NCBI GenBank assembly: GCA_965206765.1
Contig: OZ242222.1
Span: 129,662 to 193,661, forward strand
Length of the DNA: 64,000 bases
DNA from: Candidatus Multivorans sp.
GTDB lineage: Bacteria > Acidobacteriota > Thermoanaerobaculia > Multivoradales > Multivoraceae
Direction of reading: 5' to 3'
Each line of letters starts with the position of its first letter. Position 1 is the first letter of the stretch. This document shows, in pieces, positions 1 through 9,167 of the stretch. The notes under the pieces were generated by a model. It was given only the letters and a program-made list of their open reading frames with translations. It was not told the origin of the DNA and did no database searches. The position numbers and the translations under genes are program-made.

Positions 1-243
1 CGCCCACTCGCTGTCGCCGTGGCCGCGCAGGTCCGGGGCCACGATGTGGTAGTCGCGGCGTAGCGCGTTCGCCACCCAGTCCCAGTTGTGCGCGTGGTCC
101 CGGCCGCCGTGGATCAGCACCAGGGGCGGCTTGTCCTCGTTGCCCCAGCTCAGGTAGTGGAGCCGGAGGCGCTGCGAGATGTAGAACTGCGACGACGGGC
201 CGACGATGTCCCGGAAGGGACTGTCGCTGAAGGCGGTGCTCAT
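1..243 (-). CDS. alpha/beta-fold hydrolase, 5' part only; the gene runs off the window start
   Basis: Minus-strand ATG at 241-243. Translation MSTAFSDSPFRDIVGPSSQFYISQRLRLHYLSWGNEDKPPLVLIHGGRDHAHNWDWVANALRRDYHIVAPDLRGHGDSEW shows the HGG oxyanion-hole and APDLRGHGDS motifs typical of alpha/beta hydrolases. It is absent from the ORF track because the window edge truncates it. Confidence 0.6.
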   Translation of the reverse strand, partial: MSTAFSDSPFRDIVGPSSQFYISQRLRLHYLSWGNEDKPPLVLIHGGRDHAHNWDWVANALRRDYHIVAPDLRGHGDSEWA

Positions 244-271
244 CACCTGGTTGCGGCTGTACCGAGCCCGG

Positions 272-884
272 TCACTGCTGGTCGGGACGGGGCGGATTGA
301 TCATTACGTGGGCCCCCGCGGTACCCGGCGCCATGAGCCACGGCGCGCCCGGCACGGGACGGGTCGTGAGCCCGGTCGATTCAGCGGTCGCGTACGGCGT
401 GTAGATCACCCAGCGCAGATAGGGGGTGAGCACCTTGCCGGCTTCGGCGTCGAAGCCGCTGCCGTGGAGGACGTAGAGGGTGCGCGGCTCGCGCGGCATC
501 GCCAGCTTGCCCTCCGCGATCTCCGTTTCGCGCATTTCGATGCGCTCCTCGCCGGTGATGCCCTGGGCCAGCAGCTCGCGGCCGCGCGCCATGAACGGCT
601 CGAGCGACTCGTGGTAGCAGGCGACGCTCCATTGCGGACTGCCCGGCATGGCGGCCAGACAGACCAGGTCATTGCTGCCGGCGCGGAGTTCGACGACCTT
701 GCCGTCTTCGTCCCAACCGAGGACCCGCGCGCCGTCCCGGCGATCGTCGGGCGCGGCCTGGATTGCGGCGGCAAGCTGGGCCTCGGCGTCGGCAGCTTCG
801 GCAGCCGCCGGAGAGGCCGCGAGTCCAGTGAGTGCGAGAGCGCCGATCGTGGCTGCGAGAGAGGTCGTCCTGATGTACACCGCG
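272..884 (-). CDS. hypothetical secreted protein
   Basis: This is the inner part of ORF 272..1141(-). The likely start is a GTG near 884, giving VYIRTTSLAATIGALALTGLAASPAAA, a Sec-type signal peptide. No recognisable catalytic motifs. It sits in the same orientation directly upstream of the hydrolase. Confidence 0.4.
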
Positions 885-954
885 TTCCTCCAGTTGCGCC
901 CGCCGGTTGTCGGCAGGGCGAAGGGACAGCGTATCGCGGTGGAACCTTCCGGCT

Positions 955-2269
955 CTAAGTTCTTGCCACGGTGCCTCGCCGGCGTGTTGGCTTGAGCCGT
1001 TGGAGCAAGCGAAGCGTCCTCTGGACATCTAGCGGCACGGCGTTCATGTGGTGGATCACCTCTTCCTGAGTTAGGTGGAAGGGGAACCCCTCTTGCTGCA
1101 ACCAACCTCGAAGGCCGCTCAGCACCTTCTTGGCGTCGCACCAGTGTGCCAAGTTCATGTCCTCAAGTGGGACCTCCTCTTGGGCTTGGCCCATGGCGGT
1201 CGTCAGGCTCAGTCGACGGTCTTCTTGTTGGATTCTCTCGGCCACCCTTACCCAGACGCGTTCCCGCTGATCTCCCAGTCGGCGCTCCCATTCGCGAATG
1301 AAGCGTCCTCGCACACTGCGCCACGCCGTCTTCTTGGCCGTTGCGGCAGCGTTTGAATCGAGCGCGCGCAAGATTGCCTCTAGATCCAAGAGGTAGTTCT
1401 CGACTTCATTCTCCTCCCAAAGGACGAGCTTGAAGTCGAGCTTGTACGCATCGCTCTTGGCGGTGGAGTTACGGTCTCGTAGTGCTTTCAGGCGCGTCTT
1501 GTCGGTACGGTAGTCGCGGTCGCCGATCGCCAAGAACCTCGTAGTGACCGCACTCTCGAGCCCAGGGCTCGTAACGATGTCTCGAACTTGACGCGCCAGA
1601 TCCAGTACGCGAGCCTCTATGGGCCCTTGGTACGTGTACAGGAATGTCAGGTGGCGCCAGATCGCCTGCTGCTTTTTCGCTCCCCAGTGTTTTCGAGCAA
1701 AGGCCTCCAGGAGCTTGCGGTCGCTCTTGTTCTCCACGAAGACCACGACGCGGTTCACCAGCAACGGCACCAGTTCCATCTGGTCCATGGCGCCCAGATC
1801 GCTCAATAGAAGGAGCTGGTCCGGCTGGACGGTGAACGGAACGGCCTGCCCAGCCATGCAGACGCGAATGGAGCCCGACGGTGCAGCGTTCAGGAGTTGA
1901 GGGGAGTGCGAAGCAAGCACGAACTGCTCGCCTTCTTCACGAGCCAGGCGCTCCAAGATGGCCATTAGCTGACCCTGTAGGCGAGCGTGTAGGTGTGCGT
2001 CCGGTTCATCGAGGAGGAACATCGCCGCTCCGGGTGTCAGTACGGATGCCAGAATCTGAAGGGCTTGGTGGAATCCAGATCCGGACGTGATGACGTCTCG
2101 TCTGCGCCGTAGAGCTTGGTCCTTGTAGGTGGCCTTGAGAAAACGGTCAATGTCGAGATTGAAGTCCACTTCGACGGTGCTCTCTGGAAACAGCTCGGCC
2201 AATAGCTCCTGGAGCTTTCGCCAGCGCTGCGGCTCGTCTTGCTGTAGATGCCGGAGTTGGTTCCGGATC
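955..2269 (-). pseudogene. OLD-family (ABC-type ATPase signature/Walker B/H-loop + Toprim) nuclease, 3' fragment separated from its 5' part by an IS insertion
   Basis: ORF 955..2202(-) contains ITSGSGFHQALQIL (signature-like), FLLDEPDAHLH (Walker B/D-loop), LASHSPQLL (H-loop) and VVFVENKSDRKLLE (Toprim acidic motif). The frame stays open upstream to the IS boundary at 2269. No Walker A is present in this fragment. Confidence 0.6.
2259..2269. repeat. 11-bp target-site duplication (left copy) GGTTCCGGATC
   Basis: Identical direct copy at 3544..3554. They flank the inverted repeats of the IS. Confidence 0.75.
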
Positions 2270-3543
2270 AGTGCTGTCCCACAAACTTCAGCGCAGTGCG
2301 AGTTGAGTCTGTGCGTTTCTGGGATCAGGGGGTCCGCTCCGGGGTTCGAACAGGTCCAGGAGCGGTCTTCGCGCGAACAGGTTGAGTTGCAGGAGGCGGA
2401 GGATTTCGCTCATGGTCCAGGACATCTTGTTGGCGAACTTCAGATAGGCGAGCAGGAGATGCACGCACATGGCGATCCAGATCTGCGTCATGACGGCATT
2501 GCGCGAAGTGCCGACGAAGCTCTTGATGCGCAGGTTCTGCTTGATCCACTTGAAGAAGGTCTCGATCTGCCAACGCTGCTTGTAGATGGCCGCGATGGTC
2601 TTCGGAGCGAGCCTGAAGTTGTTGGTGAGGAAGGCGTAGAACTTCTTCGTGTCGGGGTCGCGATAGCCGACTCGACGCAGCGGAATCGGGCACCGGGAGC
2701 GGCCTCTGACGCTGGTCAACTCGATGATCTGGTCCGAGGTCACGCCCGTCCCAGGCGCGAACGACCGCCGCTCTCGAACCGCGTACTTGATCTTGCGCTT
2801 CAGCCGAGTGACCAGGAAAACCCCTTGTGCATCAAGGGATTTCAGCCACTCGAAGTCGAGGTACAGCCGGTCCGCAGCGACGATGCTTCCCTTCGGCAGA
2901 CGAAGGGACCGCGCCACCTCAACGTCCGACCCCTTGCCGTCCGTGACTTGCAGGAACGCCGGCAGAAAGCCCTCGTGGTCAAGCCCCACGTGGAGCTTCA
3001 GCGCCCCCTTCGTCTTGCGGTACTGCGCCCACGGAAACAGCTCCAGGCACAGGTCCACGTACGTCGCATCCAGCGAGAACAGCTTGTTGTGGAACCGGAA
3101 CCCGTGCCCCGGCGCCGTCGTACGGCATCGCGCCAGCAAACGACCGAACAACGCCTCGTACAGCTCGTGGGGCTGCCTCTCGTTGACGCGCGCCAGCGAC
3201 GACCGGGCCACCCGCCGAACGCCGAGGTGATAGAGCTTCGCAGCCTGCGCATCGAGATTCGACACGATGTCGCGAAGGCTGCATCGTCCGGAGAGTTGCG
3301 CCGTCGCCATCGCCACGAACTGGCTCCACCGGCTCATCGAACGCAGCTTGCGTCCCCTGTGGTGCCGCCCGGCCTCCCGCTCGAACTCATGTCTCGACAC
3401 CAACTTGAGGAACTGCCCGAGTACGGTACCATTGTGCGCCATGGGTCTGGATCTCCTTGCCGTCATTGGCTTTGTTGTGAAAACCAATCATACGACAAGG
3501 CTCGGTCCAGACCCATACTCGTCTCTGTTTGTGGGACAGCACT
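2270..3543 (-). mobile_element. IS4/IS5-superfamily insertion sequence (about 1274 bp) with perfect 17-bp terminal inverted repeats
   Basis: Left IR AGTGCTGTCCCACAAAC (2270-2286) is the exact reverse complement of right IR GTTTGTGGGACAGCACT (3527-3543). A single DDE transposase ORF lies inside. An 11-bp TSD flanks it. GC is visibly lower than in the surroundings. Confidence 0.8.
2288..3487 (-). CDS. IS4/IS5-family DDE transposase
   Basis: 399 aa; TTG start at 3485-3487 with ATG alternatives 7 and 15 codons in. Motifs such as LDATYVDLCLELFPWAQYRKTKGALKLHVGLDHEG and ETFFKWIKQNLRIKSF resemble IS4-family transposases (DDE_Tnp_1). Confidence 0.8.
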   Translation of the reverse strand: MVFTTKPMTARRSRPMAHNGTVLGQFLKLVSRHEFEREAGRHHRGRKLRSMSRWSQFVAMATAQLSGRCSLRDIVSNLDAQAAKLYHLGVRRVARSSLARVNERQPHELYEALFGRLLARCRTTAPGHGFRFHNKLFSLDATYVDLCLELFPWAQYRKTKGALKLHVGLDHEGFLPAFLQVTDGKGSDVEVARSLRLPKGSIVAADRLYLDFEWLKSLDAQGVFLVTRLKRKIKYAVRERRSFAPGTGVTSDQIIELTSVRGRSRCPIPLRRVGYRDPDTKKFYAFLTNNFRLAPKTIAAIYKQRWQIETFFKWIKQNLRIKSFVGTSRNAVMTQIWIAMCVHLLLAYLKFANKMSWTMSEILRLLQLNLFARRPLLDLFEPRSGPPDPRNAQTQLALR

Positions 3544-3554
3544 GGTTCCGGATC
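3544..3554. repeat. 11-bp target-site duplication (right copy) GGTTCCGGATC
   Basis: Direct repeat of 2259..2269, immediately outside the right IR. Confidence 0.75.
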
Positions 3555-3835
3555 GTCTCGCCGTGCCGCTGTAGGCGCAACCTGTCCTGCCGTGCCGGCG
3601 GCGTCAGGTACTCCTCCTGAGGCAAGAAGCCCGCGAAGATGGGAATCAGGCGAATCTCTCGGCGGTGTACTGCTTGTTGCCACGGGCCCTTTACGCTTGG
3701 TTGGATGCTGAAGCGGTTGTAGCTGATCCGGATCTGAAACTCGATCTCGGAACCGTTGGTGAACGCGGCCTTTAGTGAGATGGGTCTCGGTTTGGATTTG
3801 CGGGTAATCAGCCCGTCGGGCCAGAGGTCGCCGGG
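3555..3835 (-). pseudogene. 5' remnant of the IS-disrupted OLD/Toprim gene (no P-loop, no clear start codon)
   Basis: The minus-strand frame that reads through the TSD (...LRLQRHGETIRNQ) joins seamlessly to the frame upstream of 2269 (IRNQLRHLQQDEPQRWRKLQELLAELFPESTVE...). Only about 90 codons are available before the divergent GST gene, and no GxxGxGK[ST] is present. Confidence 0.4.
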
Positions 3836-3925
3836 ATGAGCGGCGCGAGCCCAAGAACAGGGAGGACCCAATCGGCTACTCTGCGGTCCCTGTTCCGACC
3901 AAGTTCTGCCCAAGGAGCACCGCCC

Positions 3926-4660
3926 ATGATCGATCTGCACTACTGGCCCACGCCGAACGGCAAGAAGGTCACGATCCTGCTCGAGGAGTGCGGGCTGCCG
4001 TACCGCATCGTGCCGTGCCGGATCGGCTTCGGCGACCAGTTCACCGAGGACTTTCTCAGCATCTCGCCGAACAACCGGATGCCGGCGATGGTCGATCACG
4101 AGCCGGCCGGCGGCGGCGAGCCGGTCGCGCTGTTCGAGTCCGGCGCGATCATGATGTACATCGCCGACAAGGCCGGACAGTTCTATCCCCGGGCTCTGCG
4201 CGCCCGTCACGAGGTGAACCAGTGGCTCATCTGGCAGATGGCGAACCAGGGGCCGAAGTCGGGCGAGTGCGGCCACTTCCGCCGCCTCGGGGACACCGAG
4301 GGCAACCAGAGCTACGCCGTACGGCGCTTCACCGACGAGGTGAACCGGCTCTACGGGGTGATGAACAACCGCCTCTACGACCGGCGGTTCCTCGCCGGCG
4401 ACGAGTACACGATCGCCGACATGATCTGCTACCCGTGGACGGTCCGCTGGCAGGACCAGGAACAGGACATCGACGACTTTCCGTACTTCAAGCGCTGGTT
4501 CGAGGAGCTCAGCGCCCGCCCCGCGGTCCAGCGCGGCATGGACGTCTCGAGCGGCGAAGCGATCGACTACGCGAACCTCACCGACGAAGAGCGCGCACGG
4601 TTGAAGAAGATGCTCTATAACCAGCGCGCCCGGCCGGCGCCCGAGGGCGGCCTGCTGTAG
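3926..4660 (+). CDS. glutathione S-transferase (Nu/YghU-YfcG-like class)
   Basis: MIDLHYWPTPNGKKVTILLEECGLPY...FESGAIMMYIADK... shows the typical GST N-terminal thioredoxin-like and C-terminal helical domains. The ATG at 3926 lies inside the longer ORF 3836..4660. Confidence 0.85.
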   Translation: MIDLHYWPTPNGKKVTILLEECGLPYRIVPCRIGFGDQFTEDFLSISPNNRMPAMVDHEPAGGGEPVALFESGAIMMYIADKAGQFYPRALRARHEVNQWLIWQMANQGPKSGECGHFRRLGDTEGNQSYAVRRFTDEVNRLYGVMNNRLYDRRFLAGDEYTIADMICYPWTVRWQDQEQDIDDFPYFKRWFEELSARPAVQRGMDVSSGEAIDYANLTDEERARLKKMLYNQRARPAPEGGLL

Positions 4661-4691
4661 CGCTGGAGCGTCGGACGCACCCGCCGCGGGC

Positions 4692-5567
4692 TTAGATGTC
4701 GTCGAACAGGGCGGCGCCGGATGGTCCGGCCACTGCCTTGCGCAACTCCCTGTACGACCCATGTCCCGTCGCCGGCTCGACGACCCGCTTCCACTCGCGG
4801 TCCCATACGTCGGCGACCCTTGCCGGCAGTTCCCGCCTGCTGTCGCCGACCCGGCCCTTGCGGACCTTCGTGCTGCTGGCGTCGGCGGGCAAGCCGCACG
4901 CGGCATTGCGGGTGCGGCGTACCAGGTTGTCATCGAACTTCGAGCCGTGCTTGCGCATGAAGTCGATCGACGCCTGGCGGGTGGCGATCTCGACGTGCGG
5001 ATGCTCCGGGTCGAGACCGAGAAAGCGGGCCACGCGAACGATGGCGGCCGGCAGGTCGGCGACGATGTCCTCGAAGCAGAGCCAGAGCGTGGCCGGGTCG
5101 TGGCGCCGCGGCCACCAGGACACCAGGTGCTCCCAGTAGCGGCCGCTGCGCGAGCCGCGGTGCACGTATCCGAGCGCGAAATCCTCGATCGACACGCTGC
5201 CGGCTTCGAACGCCCAGCCGCTGAAGAAGTGGAAGAAGGAAACCAGGGAATCGGCCGGGTCGCGGACGACGTAGATCGTCCGGCCGCCCTTGGGCGCCTC
5301 CTTCCAGTCGAAGTGAGTCTTGAAGGCCCGCGGTTCGGCGCGCTGGGGGGCGTCCAGGTCGAGGCCGAGGTCGTGGGCGAGCTCGAGCCAGGGCACGACC
5401 TCGGTGATCTCGCCGAAGTTCATGTCGCCGCCGGTGCGCAGGCCGTGGACGATCTGCTGCATCAGGGTCGTGCCGGCCTTCGGATAGGTGGCGATCAGGA
5501 CGTCGCTGGACCGCAGCCGGAAGCTCCGTCCCCGCGCCAGACCCTCCGGCGTCGCGAAGCCGGCCAT
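4692..5567 (-). CDS. sulfotransferase-family protein
   Basis: The internal ATG gives MAGFATPEGLARGRSFRLRSSDVLIATYPKAGTTL (5'-PSB motif PKxGTT) and TIYVVRDPADSLVSF (3'-PB RDPxD motif). The longer ORF 4692..5795 has a Gly/Arg-rich, implausible N-extension. Confidence 0.7.
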   Translation of the reverse strand: MAGFATPEGLARGRSFRLRSSDVLIATYPKAGTTLMQQIVHGLRTGGDMNFGEITEVVPWLELAHDLGLDLDAPQRAEPRAFKTHFDWKEAPKGGRTIYVVRDPADSLVSFFHFFSGWAFEAGSVSIEDFALGYVHRGSRSGRYWEHLVSWWPRRHDPATLWLCFEDIVADLPAAIVRVARFLGLDPEHPHVEIATRQASIDFMRKHGSKFDDNLVRRTRNAACGLPADASSTKVRKGRVGDSRRELPARVADVWDREWKRVVEPATGHGSYRELRKAVAGPSGAALFDDI

Positions 5568-5623
5568 GCGCCGCCGGATGCCCTCGACGGTGGTCGCGCG
5601 GCTTGGAGTTGAACCTGTGTCGT

Positions 5624-6430
5624 TCACTCGAGAACCTCCGCCGAAAGGTCCACGCCCACCGGGCAGTGGTCGGATCCGGTGACCTGAGTCGCGATGAAGG
5701 CGCGTTCGACGAAGCGCATCGCGGCCTCGGAAGCGAGCACGAGGTCGATCCGCCAGCCGACGTTCCGCTCGCGCGCATTGAAGGCCTGCCGCCACCAGCT
5801 ATAGCGCACCGTCTCCGGGTTCATGCTGCGAAACGTGTCGACCCAGCCGGCGTCGAGCCAGCGCTGGAGTTCCTCGCACTCTTCGGGCAGGAAGCCCGAG
5901 TTGCGGACGTTCTGCTTCGGCCGCGCCAGGTCGATCGGTTGCGGCGCCGTGTTGAAGTCGCCCATGACGAGAACCCGATAGCCGGCCTGCCTGGCCTGAT
6001 CGAGCTGATCGAACAGTGCGCGGTAGAAGTCCAGCTTGTAGGGCACGCGGCTGTTGTCGCGCTTGCTGCCGCTGCCCTTGGGAAAGTAGACGTTGGCGAC
6101 CAGCAGCTTGCCGAACAGGGCCAGTTGCAGCCGGCCCTCCGCATCGAAACGGTGCTCGCCCAGCGAGGTCTGGACCCAGGCTGGTTTCAGGCGAGAGTAG
6201 AGGCCGACGCCCGAGTAGCCGGGCCGCTCGGCGCTCGAGAAGCTTGTGTACCAGCGGCTTGGCTTTCGCAGCTCCGGCAGCAACTGTTCGGCGCGGGCCC
6301 TGGTCTCCTGCAGGCCGACGATCTGCGCCCGGCTGGTCCCGAGCCAGTCGAGGAACCCCTTGCGCCCGCAGGCGCGCAGGCCGTTCACGTTCCAGGAGAC
6401 GACGCGGATGCGACGCCGCTTTCGGTGACT
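5624..6430 (-). CDS. xth: exodeoxyribonuclease III (EEP family)
   Basis: IRVVSWNVNGLRA, GDFNTAP and SDHCPV are classic ExoIII/APE1 motifs. No canonical start exists between IRVVSW and the upstream GNAT stop codon, so the start is uncertain (see findings). Confidence 0.8.
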   Translation of the reverse strand, partial: SHRKRRRIRVVSWNVNGLRACGRKGFLDWLGTSRAQIVGLQETRARAEQLLPELRKPSRWYTSFSSAERPGYSGVGLYSRLKPAWVQTSLGEHRFDAEGRLQLALFGKLLVANVYFPKGSGSKRDNSRVPYKLDFYRALFDQLDQARQAGYRVLVMGDFNTAPQPIDLARPKQNVRNSGFLPEECEELQRWLDAGWVDTFRSMNPETVRYSWWRQAFNARERNVGWRIDLVLASEAAMRFVERAFIATQVTGSDHCPVGVDLSAEVLE

Positions 6431-7086
6431 CAGGCGCCGCTCCGGTTCTCCGCGTCCACGTCGTCCGCGTCCACGTCGAACGACATGATCATCATGTCGC
6501 GGGTCTGGCCCGAGCGGTCGATCACCCAGTCGGTGAGCAGGGCCTCGGGCGAGAAGCCGAGCCGTTCGAAGAGCCGGCGGGCGCCGATCTGCTCGCGCGT
6601 CATCTGCGCCACGAGCTTGAGGAGGCCCAGGTCGTGCGCCGTGTCGAACACGCGTTGGGTCAGGATGCGGCCGAGACCGGAACGGCGGTGGCCTTCCGCG
6701 ATGATCACCCGGATCTCGCCCAGGTGGCTCATCCACTGCAGTCCCCGCAGATTCAGGCTTCCGTAGCCGACCAACTCATCCTCGTAGTAGGCGAGGGTCG
6801 TGAACCGGCTGCCGGAGCCGGCGTCGCGGATCCAGCCCTCGACGACGTCCGGATCGGTGAGGTCGGAGCGCAGGAACTGCAGGTCGATCTCGGGCAGGGC
6901 CCGGGCGAGGCTCACGATGTCGTCGCGGTCTTCGGGCCGCAGGCGTCGCAACTCGTAGATTCGGTCGCCGCATTCGATCCGATCAACGGTGCGCCCGTGC
7001 TTGAGGCCTGCTGCCGGAATGTCGGCGCCGGGACCGGTCCCCGGTTGCAGGACAGCGGCAGTCAGAGCACTGCGGAGTTCGGACAT
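6430..7086 (-). CDS. GNAT family N-acetyltransferase
   Basis: 218 aa. LVGYGSLN...IRVIIAEGHRRSGLGRILTQRVFDTAHDLGL...ARRLFERLGF matches the GNAT acetyl-CoA-binding motifs A/B. Confidence 0.75.
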   Translation of the reverse strand: MSELRSALTAAVLQPGTGPGADIPAAGLKHGRTVDRIECGDRIYELRRLRPEDRDDIVSLARALPEIDLQFLRSDLTDPDVVEGWIRDAGSGSRFTTLAYYEDELVGYGSLNLRGLQWMSHLGEIRVIIAEGHRRSGLGRILTQRVFDTAHDLGLLKLVAQMTREQIGARRLFERLGFSPEALLTDWVIDRSGQTRDMMIMSFDVDADDVDAENRSGA

Positions 7087-7243
7087 GTGCGGAGCAAGAA
7101 GGTCGGCCGACGGATGCTCGCGGGCGTGCCCGCTGCTTCGGCCAACCCTGTAACGCTAGCAGCATAGGGCGGTTCGGACCACAGGCGCGGGTCGCCTCCT
7201 CGCGGTCGGGTATCGTCGCGCGAACCAAACGAAGGAGAAAGAG

Positions 7244-8323
7244 ATGGCTCCGATACCGAAGGGCGGCACGGTCGCGGTCACGGGCAGCGCCGGTTTCGTC
7301 GGCGGCTGGGTGGTCCGCCTGCTGCTGGACAAGGGCTACCGCGTGCGCGCCTGTGTGCGGGACGCGAACGACCCGGAGAAGACGACCTTCCTGCGCGAGA
7401 TGCCGGGGTACGCCTCGGGCCGGCTGACCCTCCACTCGGCGAACCTGGACGAAGCGGGCTGCTTCGACGACATCTTCGCCGGCTGCCACGGCGTTGCACA
7501 CGTCGCGCACGTCAGCGACTACAACGACTTCGACTACGTCAAGAACGTGTGCGACCACATCGTCGCGAGCATCGAGAAGTCGGGATCGGTGACGCGCGTC
7601 GTCGTCACCTCGAGCATCGCCGCGGTGATCATGGAGGCCGACATCTACGAGTTCGTCCGGCGGCCCGTCCTCTACGAGGACCGCTATCCGGACGAGCAGA
7701 ATCCGAAGCGCACGCCGGAGCGCGGCCACGGATACTCGATGAGCAAGGTCTACGCTCAGCGGGCCTTCACGGAGGCGGCGGAGAAGAGCGGCCGCTGGGA
7801 CGCGATCACCTGCTGCCCGGGCGACAACGTGGGCCCCATCCTGTCGGCGCACCAGAAGGACAAGGGGCCCTGGCAGCACAACATCGAGTTGATGCTGCGC
7901 GGCGAGTGTACGCAGACCCAGGCCTACCGGCCCTGGATGATCGTCGACGTCCGCGACGACGCGGAGTGCCACATTCGGCTGCTTGAGAGCCTGAACGTGA
8001 AGAACGGCGAGCGCTTCATCGCCTGGTCGACGGACGCCGTGCCGGTGGAGGAGATCAACGCCGGCATCGATCGCCTGCTGCCGGAGATCCGCCACGCCAC
8101 CCCGGAGGTGGCGGACCCCCATCCCGAGCACGTGCAGAAACGGGAGGCGGAGCTGCGCGGGATCTGGGCCGGCTGCGAACTGCGCAACGACCGGATGCGG
8201 GCGGCGACGGGCGTCACCTTCCGGCCCTTCGATGAGTCGCTGCGCGACTGCGTGGAGTCGCTGGTCGCGGTGGCCAGGGTGGAGCCGGAGCGGCGGTCTG
8301 AGGCGGAGAGCGGTGGTCGCTAG
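7244..8323 (+). CDS. NAD(P)-dependent epimerase/dehydratase-family SDR (cinnamoyl-CoA/dihydroflavonol reductase-like)
   Basis: VAVTGSAGFVGGWVVRLLL is a Rossmann GxxGxxG motif; YSMSK supplies the catalytic Tyr/Lys. An RBS-like AAGGAGAAAGAG precedes the ATG. Confidence 0.75.
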   Translation: MAPIPKGGTVAVTGSAGFVGGWVVRLLLDKGYRVRACVRDANDPEKTTFLREMPGYASGRLTLHSANLDEAGCFDDIFAGCHGVAHVAHVSDYNDFDYVKNVCDHIVASIEKSGSVTRVVVTSSIAAVIMEADIYEFVRRPVLYEDRYPDEQNPKRTPERGHGYSMSKVYAQRAFTEAAEKSGRWDAITCCPGDNVGPILSAHQKDKGPWQHNIELMLRGECTQTQAYRPWMIVDVRDDAECHIRLLESLNVKNGERFIAWSTDAVPVEEINAGIDRLLPEIRHATPEVADPHPEHVQKREAELRGIWAGCELRNDRMRAATGVTFRPFDESLRDCVESLVAVARVEPERRSEAESGGR

Positions 8324-8414
8324 CGGCACCCGCCGGACCTCCCCTCAAGCCTCCGGACCGGCTGAACGGCGTCGGGCTGTCGGGCGGCTGGTCGCAGGCT
8401 CGGCGATTGCGGCG

Positions 8415-9167
8415 ATGTTCTTGGTTGTGTTGGCGGGCCGCCTCGCGGCGGAGGAACCGGAGAACCCGTACACGAGTGGCATCGACGCGCGGATGGGGCA
8501 GCGCTTCTACCAGTCGAAGTGCACGAGTTGTCATGGACTGGACGCGACCGGCGACGACGAGGGGGACGGTCCGGACCTGACCACCGGCAGCTTCCAGCAC
8601 GCGACGACGGATGCCGGACTCTTCCGGGTCATACGGGACGGCATCGAGGGCACCTCGATGCGGGGCCTGCGGCGCGAGAAGGAGCAGGTGATCTGGCAGT
8701 TAGTGACCTATCTGCGGACGCTCTCCGATGCCGTCGATCTTGCCTCTCTCCCGGGCTCGCCGGAGGCTGGCAGCGCGGCGTTCGAGCGTCTTGACTGCGG
8801 GCGTTGCCACATGGTTCAGGGGCGTGGGGGCCGGCTCGGACCGGACCTGTCCCGGGTCGGGGAGCGTCGTGACCCCGAGGAACTCGCTCGGGATCTGACC
8901 GAGCCGAACGCCGAGGTTGCGCCGCGGTGGTGGACGCTGCGGCTCACGCGCGCCGACGGCACCGTGATCGAGGGTCTGAGGATGGGCGAGGACACGTTCA
9001 ACCTGCGGCTCATGGACGGCGAAGAAAGGCTCCGTTCCTTCGCGAAGGCGGCAGTCGGCAAGGTCGAACGGACCCTTGAGTCGACGATGCCGGCCGAGCC
9101 GCTCTCCGACGTGGAACGGGACGATCTGGTCGCCTACCTGGCCTCCTTGCGGGGGAGCGGGTCGTGA
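8415..9167 (+). CDS. di-heme c-type cytochrome
   Basis: Two CxxCH motifs (CTSCHG and CGRCHM) in the 8232..9167 ORF. The start probably lies between 8340 and 8415 (hydrophobic MFLVVLAGRLAA signal segment). The stop overlaps the downstream PQQ dehydrogenase start. Confidence 0.65.
   Translation: MFLVVLAGRLAAEEPENPYTSGIDARMGQRFYQSKCTSCHGLDATGDDEGDGPDLTTGSFQHATTDAGLFRVIRDGIEGTSMRGLRREKEQVIWQLVTYLRTLSDAVDLASLPGSPEAGSAAFERLDCGRCHMVQGRGGRLGPDLSRVGERRDPEELARDLTEPNAEVAPRWWTLRLTRADGTVIEGLRMGEDTFNLRLMDGEERLRSFAKAAVGKVERTLESTMPAEPLSDVERDDLVAYLASLRGSGS

Noticed and set aside
3555-3835. ISLKAAFTNGSEIEF / IRISYNRFSIQ read as the N-terminal strand and P-loop of the OLD ATPase
   Set aside because: No GxxGxGK[ST] follows within the available 90 codons. 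The resemblance to the I-x-I-x-NFRSI strand is weak.
3488-4933. 481-aa ORF on the minus strand taken as a real gene
   Set aside because: It is antisense to a well-supported GST gene and is Arg/Ala/Gly-rich as expected for GC-rich antisense frames. Only its 3' ~90 codons (3555-3835) are interpreted, as the remnant 5' end of the IS-disrupted nuclease gene.
7087-7243. Intergenic regions scanned for tRNA/ncRNA genes (also 22808-22989, 37117-37302, 42684-42772, 47692-47898, 52784-52840)
   Set aside because: No cloverleaf-compatible sequence with conserved GTTC/T-loop or CCA-adjacent acceptor features was seen. They look like ordinary promoter or leader regions.
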